DNA from: a bacterium
GTDB taxonomy: Bacteria; Electryoneota; Electryoneia; Electryoneales; Electryoneaceae
Assembly (NCBI GenBank): GCA_963675295.2
Contig: CAXXKJ010000002.1
Coordinates: 1,376,001-1,440,000, forward strand
Length of the DNA: 64,000 nt
Direction: 5' to 3'
In this document: positions 7,495 through 17,233 of the stretch, one piece after another
Layout of the letters: each line of letters begins with the position of its first letter
How positions within the stretch are numbered: position 1 is the first letter of the stretch
Program-made: the position numbers and the translations under genes
Notes under the pieces: generated by a model
The model's input: only the letters and a program-made list of their open reading frames with translations
Told to the model about the DNA's origin: nothing
Database searches by the model: none

Positions 7495-9852
7495 ATGAAT
7501 GCACGGACAAGTGTGGTTGGATTGCTGCTGTTCCTCGTTTTTCTGCTGAGTTCTGGTCTGGCGCTGGCGTGGGTATCGATGCCGGGCAAGGCGGGGGTGA
7601 CGGCGTTTGCATGCAGTGACGACGAACAGAAGATGGTGGTGGGGACGTATTACGGCGGAGTCTGGTTCAGCCTGAACGGCGGCGTGACTTGGTATCCCAG
7701 CGATACCGGTGAGAATCGGATCGATCAGGTGTACAGTATTGAGGCCGTTGATTCGGAAGCGGACACGCTGTTCATGAGATGTACCGCGTCTGCATATCCG
7801 AACTACCAGAACATTCAAAAGAGCACCATGATCTCGACAAACAATGGTCAGACATGGATCTGGACAACGGGGAATCATCAGAATTATTATGATGATACCA
7901 TGATCATCGATTCAAATGATCATAATCATATTTATTGCTTGAACCGTCAGAGATTTATTAAATCAGAAGATTTTGGAGAAACATGGGGTGAAATAACGAA
8001 TGTTGATATGTATAATTCGTTGACATGGATGTTTATGCAGGACACACAATCGGATAGTACGTTGTTTATATCAGGAATCTACGGCAACTATGAAGCCAGC
8101 GGCATTTACCGGTCTGATGATCTGGGTGTGACTTGGAATGCAATGTTGGATCCCGTGTTGTACTACCAGTCCTATGTTCGGCCTGGAGGGGAAGTCTATA
8201 TCACGGATATCGATCGCTTGAGCAACGGGCATCTGTTTGCAACCGTTAACACAGCCTACAACGCTGATTATTATCCCTATTCCATCGACAGTTTTTTGCG
8301 CAGTCTGGATGATGGACAGACATGGCATGAAGAGTATCCGCTTCACGAAATGTTTGATCCATTACAGATCATGGAAGTTCAGGACGATCCAGGTCATCTG
8401 TACTTGTTCAGCGAGCGGGACTATCCATTCTACTACCACAAGCTCTACGAATCGAAAGACTATGGCTTGTCCTTTCATCCAGTTCCCGCTCCGTACTTCA
8501 ACGAATTCCGGGACTGCGCCTCGATGTCGCAAAATCCGTTTTCAGGATTCGAGTATGTCTGCACCACGGGCAACGGTACGTGGAAATCCGAGGACAACGG
8601 CGACACGTGGCAGGAATTGCAGCAGCCACCGTTCTCGACTGTGGGTTATCAGCACATTGACGAGGATTTCGTCTCCTATGTGAATCGAGGCGGAAACTGT
8701 GTCTACCTGCAACGCAACAGCGATCCGGAGGTACTTGAGATTCATTATCCGAATCCGTCGGTCGATTACGCGCAGGCGAATCTGCCAATCGTCAGCGTTC
8801 GCGGAGATACAATCGTTGGGATGTACTACCGGGAAGTGTATGAAACGGAAACACATATACTATTTACTGCTGAGAGCCCGGATCTCGGGGAAACATGGGG
8901 AGAACCGATCACCATCATTCCCATGGAGCAAATTGGGCATAATCTCAGGCCTGTGTATTCGCAAAGCGAGGGATACAAGTATATATCTGTCGCATCTTAC
9001 AATGATGAACTGGGATTTGTTTATCTGCTGAATGACCGAGGCGAATACCTCGATACTTATACATATAATAATATATTTGGTAATGTATCGATCGCTGAGG
9101 GTTACTTGTATCTTTTTGATAGTGATGCGGTCAAACGTATCCCGTTGGGTGGAAATCAATGGGAAGACCTGAACTACCCGTATTATCAAGAGGGAAGCGG
9201 GACTCCTGGACTGGTCAGTGAAGAGTTCGAGGAGATCTACACCTTCGGCGGGATTCACGGGTACAGGTACCTGAACGATCAGTGGCAGATGTTGTCCGTG
9301 GTTCCTTACGGCGGGATTCAATCCGTGGCCGCGATTCCCCGGCACGGTCAGGAACCGATCCTGCTGTTGACGACACGTTACAGTCCCGAAGTCTTCATCA
9401 GTACGGATGGCGGTTGGGAATGGGACCCGATTCCGAATGAGGCGCCGTGGTTTGAGCACTCCGCCAGAAACGGTGAGGTGATCTACGATCCGTGGCGGGA
9501 GTGCATCTGGGTGGAAACCCCGCACGGTCTGGTCTGGGAAGGAGAGGAGTGGTTCGACGATGTCGCGGAACAGAAGGCGTCACGCCCGGAGTCTTTCGGG
9601 CTGATGCATGCCTGGCCGAACCCGTTCAACGCGTCAACGACGGTCACGATCCGGCTCAGTCGTCCCGGCGAGGTAAAGCTGACCCTGTACAATGCGCTCG
9701 GGCAGGAGCTGCGGACGGTTGCCGACAGCCGCTTGACCGTCGGTGAGCATCAGGTCACGGTTGATGCCAGCGATTTCGCCAGCGGGACGTATTTCCTGCG
9801 GCTGGTCACGCCGGAAGGGGCATCGGTGCGGAAGCTGGTGCTGTTGCGGTAA
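7495..9852 (+). CDS. Secreted Asp-box/BNR beta-propeller protein with T9SS type A sorting domain
   Basis: Signal peptide, many SxDxGxTW repeats, C-terminal PNPFN...ASGTYFLRL...KLVLLR; ATG 7495 after GGGGGA. Confidence 0.85.
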   Translation: MNARTSVVGLLLFLVFLLSSGLALAWVSMPGKAGVTAFACSDDEQKMVVGTYYGGVWFSLNGGVTWYPSDTGENRIDQVYSIEAVDSEADTLFMRCTASAYPNYQNIQKSTMISTNNGQTWIWTTGNHQNYYDDTMIIDSNDHNHIYCLNRQRFIKSEDFGETWGEITNVDMYNSLTWMFMQDTQSDSTLFISGIYGNYEASGIYRSDDLGVTWNAMLDPVLYYQSYVRPGGEVYITDIDRLSNGHLFATVNTAYNADYYPYSIDSFLRSLDDGQTWHEEYPLHEMFDPLQIMEVQDDPGHLYLFSERDYPFYYHKLYESKDYGLSFHPVPAPYFNEFRDCASMSQNPFSGFEYVCTTGNGTWKSEDNGDTWQELQQPPFSTVGYQHIDEDFVSYVNRGGNCVYLQRNSDPEVLEIHYPNPSVDYAQANLPIVSVRGDTIVGMYYREVYETETHILFTAESPDLGETWGEPITIIPMEQIGHNLRPVYSQSEGYKYISVASYNDELGFVYLLNDRGEYLDTYTYNNIFGNVSIAEGYLYLFDSDAVKRIPLGGNQWEDLNYPYYQEGSGTPGLVSEEFEEIYTFGGIHGYRYLNDQWQMLSVVPYGGIQSVAAIPRHGQEPILLLTTRYSPEVFISTDGGWEWDPIPNEAPWFEHSARNGEVIYDPWRECIWVETPHGLVWEGEEWFDDVAEQKASRPESFGLMHAWPNPFNASTTVTIRLSRPGEVKLTLYNALGQELRTVADSRLTVGEHQVTVDASDFASGTYFLRLVTPEGASVRKLVLLR

Positions 9853-9916
9853 TCAATACTTGAAACAACTGCAGATACGAACTCCACTTATGACGGGTCA
9901 CGAATCGGAGGGACTT

Positions 9917-12262
9917 ATGTTCAAACGATTGATATTGTTTGCTGCAATTGCACTCGTATACGCCAACCAGGTCGGAGCCTGGGAACTGCTGCCCGGGAAG
10001 CCGAACGTTGACATGTTCGTCACGAGCGCTGATGAGCAGCGGATTATCGCATTCCTGTTTACTGGTGGCTATTGGCTCACAAACGATGGCGGAAACACGT
10101 GGGAACCAATATCCGAAGCGGTGAACGACGAACACCGCGCCTGGTACGGCTATGATATCAGTGTTGTGGATGCCGCCGCGGATACGGTGATCACTCGGGT
10201 ATACTATGGGGAATATCCCGGGAACGAGTACCCCATGTACCAGGTTGCGCTCACGAAAAATGGCGGCCAATCCTGGCTTTTCCCGATCGGGTACAGCAAC
10301 TCCAGTGATTTCATGATTTGTAATCGAGGGAATCACAGAACCCTGATGTTCACAACGTCAAGCCGGTTCAGTAGATCGATTAACTTCGGCATGACCTGGG
10401 GGCTGTCAGTCGTCTACGATCCATACGTAAACCAAAAACTCAGTCTCAGCCAGGACGCTTTCCACGACTCAACCCTTTTCGCTACAGGGATCTACTTCGG
10501 CACACAGAGTTCCGGACTCTGGCGTTCCGATGATCTGGGCGCAACGTGGGAATGGGGACTTCCGGATGGTCCGTATTATGCTCAATGGGATATGATCATG
10601 ATGCCGGACATTGACCGATTGTCGAATGATGATCTGCTGCTCACCGTTCAAGGCAGCCCTTCCACTGATGAAGCCTGCGACAGTTTCCTTCGGAGCACGG
10701 ACGATGGTGAAACCTGGTCGGAGGAGTACCCGCTACCGTACGCCAATTCCTGGCCCGTTCAGGTTGTCGAGTTGACCGGACATGAAGGTCATCTACTGCT
10801 GCGTTGCCAGTATGGAAAGGAGTTCAGACAGTACCTTTACGAATCCGATGATTATGGCAACAGTTTTACCCTGTTGCAGGGACCAGCGCTATATGATGTT
10901 GTTCGCCCCAAAATCATGTTGAACAATCCGTTCAACCAGACGACATACGTTGCGACGGCTGGAAACGGTGCATGGAAAACCGATGATCAGGCGGAAACAT
11001 GGCAGTCGGTCCCGATGCCTGATTTTGGCAGCCATGGATTCACGCACATTGCTGCGGAGTACATCTCCTATGTTGGCGAGTACAGTGCGGATGTATTCGT
11101 GAAACGCGATGTCGATCCTGAAGTACAGTCCTTTTCCTATCCTCCACCAGCCGCGGATTCGTTGCAGGTTGCACTCCCCATCATTGCGGTGGACGGTTCC
11201 ACTATTCGCGGGATGTTCATGCGAAAATCCATGGAAACAGAGGAAGGCTACCTGTACGTGGTAGAGAGTATCGACAACGGCCAGACGTGGCATGATCCAA
11301 TCGTCTCCCTGCCGATGGTGTCGATCATGGGCAAAACTCCGATAACGTTCTGCGAGGATGGAGGGCAGAATTATATCCTCGTTTCCACTCAAACGAGTGA
11401 TGTTGGGACATGGTCCATCTACCTGTCTGATGATGACGGATTGACTTGGACAGCTGAGACCTTCCAGGACAATGAAATCCTGACGAAGTATGAAGTATAT
11501 GACGACCAGCTGCAAGCGATCCGCGCCGGTGAAGGTTTTTATCGACGACCGATTGATGGTGGTGATTGGGAGTACATTCCGCATACTGACCTCAATGGGT
11601 TCAAGGCTCCGGCAGCGACGGTACTAACCGATTTCGACACGTACTACACGTTAACCGACAGCATGGCATACCTGTACCAGCGAGATGAATGGGATACGTT
11701 GGGCCTGTTACCCAATGAACAGCTCAAGTTCGCAGATGCTATTCCACGCGACGGTCAACCGCCGGTACTTTTTGCCAGTTCGAACATGAACCCGAACCTG
11801 TTTGTCAGCTACGACGGCGGGTTCGAATGGGATACCATTCACGATCCGCAACCGTTCGTTGACCAGATGGCACGTTTGGCTGAAATCGAATACGATCCGA
11901 ATCGAAACAGGCTGTGGCTGAACACACCGTTGGGCCTGATGTGGGAAGATGCAGACCTGTTCCTGGGTGTCGGCGAACCTGAACCCGGAATCCCGCAGAC
12001 GCACAAGCTGCTGAGCGTGTACCCGAACCCGTTCAACTCTCAGGCTACCGCGACGGTCACGCTGGATCGTGCGAGAGATGTCAAGATGGTTCTATTCAAC
12101 ACGCTCGGGCAGGAAGTTCAAACACTGGCGGATGGACGGCTGAGCGCTGGCGATCACAGCTTCAGCATTGATGCCGCGTCGCTAGCGAGCGGTACGTATT
12201 TCCTGCGGGCAACCACGGGCGATGGTACCGCGTCCGTGCGGAAAATCGAGTTGGTTCGCTAA
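9917..12262 (+). CDS. Paralogous secreted Asp-box/BNR protein with T9SS type A sorting domain
   Basis: Signal peptide, SxDxGxTW repeats, YPNPFN...ASGTYFLR; colinear with the upstream paralog (DSTLF, RSDDLG, DIDRLSN, DSFLRS); ATG 9917 after GGAGG. Confidence 0.85.
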   Translation: MFKRLILFAAIALVYANQVGAWELLPGKPNVDMFVTSADEQRIIAFLFTGGYWLTNDGGNTWEPISEAVNDEHRAWYGYDISVVDAAADTVITRVYYGEYPGNEYPMYQVALTKNGGQSWLFPIGYSNSSDFMICNRGNHRTLMFTTSSRFSRSINFGMTWGLSVVYDPYVNQKLSLSQDAFHDSTLFATGIYFGTQSSGLWRSDDLGATWEWGLPDGPYYAQWDMIMMPDIDRLSNDDLLLTVQGSPSTDEACDSFLRSTDDGETWSEEYPLPYANSWPVQVVELTGHEGHLLLRCQYGKEFRQYLYESDDYGNSFTLLQGPALYDVVRPKIMLNNPFNQTTYVATAGNGAWKTDDQAETWQSVPMPDFGSHGFTHIAAEYISYVGEYSADVFVKRDVDPEVQSFSYPPPAADSLQVALPIIAVDGSTIRGMFMRKSMETEEGYLYVVESIDNGQTWHDPIVSLPMVSIMGKTPITFCEDGGQNYILVSTQTSDVGTWSIYLSDDDGLTWTAETFQDNEILTKYEVYDDQLQAIRAGEGFYRRPIDGGDWEYIPHTDLNGFKAPAATVLTDFDTYYTLTDSMAYLYQRDEWDTLGLLPNEQLKFADAIPRDGQPPVLFASSNMNPNLFVSYDGGFEWDTIHDPQPFVDQMARLAEIEYDPNRNRLWLNTPLGLMWEDADLFLGVGEPEPGIPQTHKLLSVYPNPFNSQATATVTLDRARDVKMVLFNTLGQEVQTLADGRLSAGDHSFSIDAASLASGTYFLRATTGDGTASVRKIELVR

Positions 12263-12264
12263 CG

Positions 12265-12304
12265 AAAAACGCGCGACAGCCAAGTGAAAAGGTTGTCGCG
12301 CGTT
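12265..12304. terminator. Terminator between convergent genes
   Basis: AACGCGCGACAGCC...GGTTGTCGCGCGTT stem with a flanking A-run. Confidence 0.75.
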
Positions 12305-12329
12305 GCCATTGACAGAAACTGTACAGGGT

Positions 12330-14240
12330 TCAGAGCTCGAGCGCAGCTTCCCAGCCGTCTTTGGTTGCGTCGTAGATCTGGCGTGGTTGTTTCGCGTCGC
12401 CGATGATGCGAACGTGCAGGCCGCGCGCGGTCAGATCGGCGCTGAGATCGTCCCGTTTCGTCGCACCGACCGCCACCACGACGTTGTCGAACGGGCCAAG
12501 CTGGGAGGTTTCGCCGTCCGTTTCGATTGTGGCCATGCCATTTTCGTACGCGAGGATCTTGGTGCTGGTGTGAACCGGGACAGCCTTGGCGTTCAGCTGT
12601 TTCAGCGCCAGCTTGCGGCTGACCGGTTCCATGTCGCGTGCGATGTCCTCGAGCATCTCCACGATCACCGGCTCGCCGCCACGCGCGAGCAGGTATTCGG
12701 CGGTTTCGACACCGACCAGCCCGCCGCCGACAATCAGAATACGTTTGCCAATGTTGGATGCGCCGTACAAAATGTCGGACCCGGTGAGCGCGTTCTCGAG
12801 GCCGGGCACGGGGATGCGTGACGGCACCGATCCGGTGGCGATCAGGACCTCGTCCGGGTCTTCCGCCACGATCAAATCCACGGTTGCCTGGGTGTTGAGC
12901 CGGATGTCGACGTTCGAGTGCAGGATCTCGCGCAGGCGGGATTCGTACGGCGCGCGCATGCTGTGTTTGCCCGGCACGAGGAACGCCAGCTCGAACTGGC
13001 CGCCGAGGTGGTCGCGTTCCTCGAACAGGATGACGTCGTGACCTTGTTCTTCCGCGGTCAGGGCGGCCTGGATGCCGGCCGGTCCGCCGCCGATGACGGC
13101 GACTTTCTTGCGTGTCGTTGGCGCCGGGATGTCGCGTCCCTCGGCACCGGCTTCGGCGTTGATGATGCAGCCGATGCCAACGCCGGTCTTGACTTTGAGC
13201 AGGCAGCCCTGCAGGCAATGGCCGCAGAGGTTGACGTCGTCCGGCTGCCCGGCCAGCATTTTTGCCGGGAGGTCGGGATCGGCCACCAGCGGCCGTCCCA
13301 TCGCGACCACATCCGCCATGCCTTCGGTGAGGACTTCGGCGATGCGTTCCGGATCACCCAGCCGTCCGGCGACAATCACCGGCACATCGACCGCGCCGCG
13401 AATCTGCGCCGCCCACGCCTCGTTTTTTCCCTGCGGCAACGCCATGTGCTGGTAATACCACGGCGGCGTGTCGCAAGCCGATCCGCTGACCACGTGAACC
13501 GCCTGTACGCCCTGCGTTTCGAGGAACTGCGCGAGCTCGAGGGCGTCGTCGATGGTCAACCCGCTGTCCACCATCTCGGACGCCGACAGCCGGCCGATGA
13601 TCGGAAACTCCGGGCCAACTGCGTCGCGTACGGAGGTTAGCACTTCACGAGCGAACCGTTGCCGGTTGGCGGCGGAACCGCCGTAGTCATCGGTGCGTTG
13701 GTTGGTGCGTTTCGACCAGAACTGGCTGACGAGGTAGCCGAGGCCGAACTGGACTTCGACGGCGTCGTAGCCGGCTTCTTTGACTCGCCCGGCGGCGTTC
13801 CCGAACGCGGTGACGATCTCAGCGATCCGAGCCACGGTTAGCTCCTCCGGTGTCTGGCCGGTGGACGGGCAGGGGACGGGTGACGGTGCTTCCGGCGGCG
13901 ACCCGCTGGCCTTGGGGTTGGCCGCACGGCCGGCGTGGTTGATGTGCGCGATCGCAATGGCGCCCTCGGCGTGGATCACCTCAGCCAGTTGACGCAGGCC
14001 GTCCAGGTGATCGTCGGAATGGGCACCGAGCTGCTTCAGGTGCTCACGGCCGCGCTTGTCAACCGTCATCGGCTCGGTGATGATCGCGCCCGCGCCGCCA
14101 CGTGCCCGGCGTTGAAAGAACGCGAGGGTTTGAGCGGTGACGTGACCGTCCGGAGTGCCATAGCCCGTCTTGACCGGCGCCATCCACAGCCGGTTGGCGA
14201 CGGTGAGTGTGCCGAGTTGAAGTGGATCGTTCGCGCGCAT
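12330..14240 (-). CDS. NADH:flavin oxidoreductase, OYE family with 4Fe-4S and FAD domains (2,4-dienoyl-CoA reductase-like)
   Basis: NRLWMAP, RARGGAG, NQRTDDYGGS..NR, CGHCLQGC-x11-C, GGGPAG and GGGLVG; ATG 14240 after GGGGGA. Confidence 0.92.
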   Translation of the reverse strand: MRANDPLQLGTLTVANRLWMAPVKTGYGTPDGHVTAQTLAFFQRRARGGAGAIITEPMTVDKRGREHLKQLGAHSDDHLDGLRQLAEVIHAEGAIAIAHINHAGRAANPKASGSPPEAPSPVPCPSTGQTPEELTVARIAEIVTAFGNAAGRVKEAGYDAVEVQFGLGYLVSQFWSKRTNQRTDDYGGSAANRQRFAREVLTSVRDAVGPEFPIIGRLSASEMVDSGLTIDDALELAQFLETQGVQAVHVVSGSACDTPPWYYQHMALPQGKNEAWAAQIRGAVDVPVIVAGRLGDPERIAEVLTEGMADVVAMGRPLVADPDLPAKMLAGQPDDVNLCGHCLQGCLLKVKTGVGIGCIINAEAGAEGRDIPAPTTRKKVAVIGGGPAGIQAALTAEEQGHDVILFEERDHLGGQFELAFLVPGKHSMRAPYESRLREILHSNVDIRLNTQATVDLIVAEDPDEVLIATGSVPSRIPVPGLENALTGSDILYGASNIGKRILIVGGGLVGVETAEYLLARGGEPVIVEMLEDIARDMEPVSRKLALKQLNAKAVPVHTSTKILAYENGMATIETDGETSQLGPFDNVVVAVGATKRDDLSADLTARGLHVRIIGDAKQPRQIYDATKDGWEAALEL

Positions 14241-14448
14241 CGTTTCCCCCCAAGGTGTGTGCGTGTTGGTGTGGTTCCTGTTGGATGCGTGGGCGGGGGG
14301 AAAGTTTTCATATACAGGAGATAGACTGGAATGGAATGCGTCAGGATTTTCGCGTAGGCACATGTACTGGCTCCAGTTCATATCTTAGCAACACTCGGTT
14401 TGAATATTCCTAAGTTTCGGCACGGGCGCTAAACAAAGGGGGTTTGAC

Positions 14449-14793
14449 ATGACGTTGTTCTATCGGATTGCAGCGGGCTTGATGATCCTACTGGGGATTG
14501 CACACACGGCGTTGACGGGCATGTTTTATGATACACTAACAGTCGATACGCTATGGTATGTGGGGACGGGGATTGGTACCATAGTTCTGGGTTTTTTCAA
14601 CCTTGTGAATGCGATGGTACCGCCACGCCCAATTTGTGGCGGAGTCATCCTGTCAAACTTGCTTTTCACCGTCTATTTCGGGATTGTGATCGCAGTACTC
14701 GGTGAATCACAAGCTTGGATTGCGGGTGTACTGGCTCTAGCATGCCTTTCAGGATCAGTGGTTCCAAAAAAGAATGGTTCAGCAGCGGTTTGA
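14449..14793 (+). CDS. Small 4-TM membrane protein
   Basis: 114-aa hydrophobic ORF with a GGGGG SD-like site; fills the gap between flanking genes. Confidence 0.7.
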   Translation: MTLFYRIAAGLMILLGIAHTALTGMFYDTLTVDTLWYVGTGIGTIVLGFFNLVNAMVPPRPICGGVILSNLLFTVYFGIVIAVLGESQAWIAGVLALACLSGSVVPKKNGSAAV

Positions 14794-14828
14794 ATGACTC
14801 CGTACCTTGTTAAACCCGGTATTCCAGA

Positions 14829-16040
14829 TTACCGGGCTTCACGTGTTCTCGCTATCTCGTACTCCATCGGTGTGACGACCTCGGCGGGCTGATCGTCGTG
14901 GACGATGACGGTGTCCTCGACGCCGACGCCACCCTCCGGGAAGATGATTTTCGGTTCGATGGCGAGGACGGTTCCCGCCTCCAGCGGCTGGTCGAAGCCT
15001 TTCGCGATCACCGGCCACTCATCCAGTTCCATTCCGACGCCGTGCCCGATGAAGCGCACACGGTTGCGTCCCATGTTCATGAAATTGTCGGCGTATCCGG
15101 CGGCATCGGCTTGCTGCAATGACCACGCGTACAGCTCGGACGGCACCGCGCCGGCGCGGGTCTTGTCGAGCAGGCGTTTGTGCAGGTCAACGCAGAAGTT
15201 GTGCGCGTCCACGAACTTCGGGTCCAGGTCGCTGAGCGGACCGACGCAGTAGGTGCGGGTCATATCGGTCATGTAGCCGTCGACTCCGGCGGTGTGGTCG
15301 CAGATGACCGGCTCACCGCGTTCGATGACCTTGCCGCCCGCGCCTTTCGGCACCAGCGGGTTGCGTCCCGGCTGGCCGATCGGGCCGTCGAACGCGTTAT
15401 CGACCGCAGCCGAGACACCAGCGGCGACAACCCCGCCCGCCTCGGCGTTAAAGCCACGGGTGCGTCCCGAGATCTGATCGCCTCGTTCACGCATGACGAG
15501 GTCCATGCGCGCCTGGGCGTCGTATTCGTGCACCCCTTCACGGATGAACTCGCGCAGCGATTCGAACCCGGCGGCCAGAACTTTGCCCGAGCGGCGGATG
15601 ATGTCCAGCTCGGCGGGGGATTTGACGATCCGTTGGGTGCGGATGGTAGCGGCGATGTCGACCAGGTCGGAATCGGGCCAGACCTTGCGTTCGAGCGCCT
15701 TGTAGGTAGCAACCGGGAGGACATCTTCCTCGAGGCCGACGTGTTTCCAGCCGGCGATGTCGCTGTCATTCGCGAGCACGGCGAACAGGTGGCCCATGCC
15801 CTTGACAATTTCCGGTTGCGTGACGCTGGTATCGTCGAACAGGTGCAGCCGTCGCCATGCGAAGATGCGTGGGTCGCCGGTTGCGGGGATCGCGACCGCA
15901 CCGGGGAAGACGACGCCGGTGTAGTAGATCATGTCAACGCGTTGCAGGATCAGCGCGCCGTCGATGCTCTGTTGACGCATCTGGTCTTGCAGACGGCGGA
16001 TGCGTCCGAGGAGTTCGTCACGGGTGAAGATGGAAGGCAT
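14829..16040 (-). CDS. Xaa-Pro peptidase, M24 family
   Basis: D..GYMTDMTRT, GHGVGMELDEWP, AIEPK, GVGVED metal ligands. Confidence 0.92.
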   Translation of the reverse strand: MPSIFTRDELLGRIRRLQDQMRQQSIDGALILQRVDMIYYTGVVFPGAVAIPATGDPRIFAWRRLHLFDDTSVTQPEIVKGMGHLFAVLANDSDIAGWKHVGLEEDVLPVATYKALERKVWPDSDLVDIAATIRTQRIVKSPAELDIIRRSGKVLAAGFESLREFIREGVHEYDAQARMDLVMRERGDQISGRTRGFNAEAGGVVAAGVSAAVDNAFDGPIGQPGRNPLVPKGAGGKVIERGEPVICDHTAGVDGYMTDMTRTYCVGPLSDLDPKFVDAHNFCVDLHKRLLDKTRAGAVPSELYAWSLQQADAAGYADNFMNMGRNRVRFIGHGVGMELDEWPVIAKGFDQPLEAGTVLAIEPKIIFPEGGVGVEDTVIVHDDQPAEVVTPMEYEIARTREAR

Positions 16041-16305
16041 GGTTGAGTCCGGTCTTGTTTACGAAACGCAATGCGCGGGAGTGTAGCGGATTAAACGGCG
16101 GTGGTGCAAGATGTGAAAAGCAGGTGTGAGGTGTGAGGATGCGAACGAGCGCAGGACAGGCCAGATCAGGAAGGACGAGCTGACTGGGGAAGCGACACAC
16201 TTAGGGTAGTGACCCTCTGCTCTCGTCGCTTGAGTTTTAATTTGAGCTCAGCTGTTGCCATTTTGACGACCAGGCATTGGGAAGGACGTCAAACAGGGAT
16301 TGAGC

Positions 16306-16872
16306 ATGAAACGAAGTGTTCGGGCAGGGATTGTATCTTCAGTTGTAATGGTGCTATTGTTCGCGGCGGGCTGCCTGCCGTTCGGGCAGATGGGGAAGGG
16401 CAGAACGCCGGAACAGATTCTGCGGGATGCGTTGCTGAACAGCGTCGAATTCGAGCTGCAATCGTTCTCGCCGGACATCGACATCACGCCGCAGGGGCTG
16501 TTCGAGCTGCCGAAGATCGATCTGGTGTTCAATGTCGATATCGGCGTGACGAACAACAGCGTGATCCCATTGCTGGCGAAAGCGGCCGATGTGCGGCTGT
16601 TCACTCGTCAGACCGAGTTCACCGAGGCCGAGTTGAACGCCGACGACGCCCTCGCGACGGCGTCTGTGACGAAGGATCTCGCTATCCCGACAGGGGAGAT
16701 GGTGACGGTTCCGTTACACATCAAGGCGCCAGTGGAGAAGGTCGGGATGGAGCTGGTGAACCTGATCAACAGCGGCGATCTTTTTTACCGGATCGACGCG
16801 TTGATCGACTTCTCGTACGAGGGGGTGACGCTGCCGTACCAGGTCGTTCTAGACGAGGGTGGACACCAGTAG
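16306..16872 (+). CDS. Lipoprotein, LEA_2/WHy-like
   Basis: Lipobox FAAGC; V-T-N-N-S..IPL and a beta-rich pattern. Confidence 0.65.
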   Translation: MKRSVRAGIVSSVVMVLLFAAGCLPFGQMGKGRTPEQILRDALLNSVEFELQSFSPDIDITPQGLFELPKIDLVFNVDIGVTNNSVIPLLAKAADVRLFTRQTEFTEAELNADDALATASVTKDLAIPTGEMVTVPLHIKAPVEKVGMELVNLINSGDLFYRIDALIDFSYEGVTLPYQVVLDEGGHQ

Positions 16873-17108
16873 GGTGAGAGTCGGACCGGGTGAAAAAAGC
16901 CGGTTCGGACGACCCGCGTTGTCGGAGCCAACACGGGCAAGATGCAGGGACAGATTCAGGATCCGAGAACTCATTCAAGATCCGGGGACACTTTGGGGAC
17001 ATAGTGTCCCCGGATCTCGTTGCTACGACCCCTCTGCACTATCCTGGAGCAACACGGCCGTGTGAACGGTTTCACTGACAAGGCCACTTCGGAATGGTCT
17101 AGAGCAAC

Positions 17109-17142
17109 GTAGCCGCGTCAGCAAGTTTTCTGACACGGCCAC
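17109..17142. repeat. GTAG-initiated palindrome (REP-like or terminator)
   Basis: GTAGCCGCGTCAG-N8-CTGACACGGCCAC followed by GTATTTTT. Confidence 0.55.
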
Positions 17143-17149
17143 GTATTTT

Positions 17150-17226
17150 TCAAGTCTCAAGTCTCAAGTCTCAAGTCTCAAGTCTCAGAACTCAGGTCTT
17201 TGGTCTTTTACTGACCACTGTCAACT
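17150..17226. repeat. Heptamer tandem repeat
   Basis: (TCAAGTC)x5 then TCAGAAC TCAGGTC TTTGGTC TTTTACT GACCACT GTCAACT. Confidence 0.9.
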
Positions 17227-17233
17227 GTCTTTC

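Noticed and set aside
7495-12262. Diversity-generating retroelement targeting the secreted paralogs
   Set aside because: No reverse transcriptase and no near-identical TR/VR pair differing at adenines seen in the window
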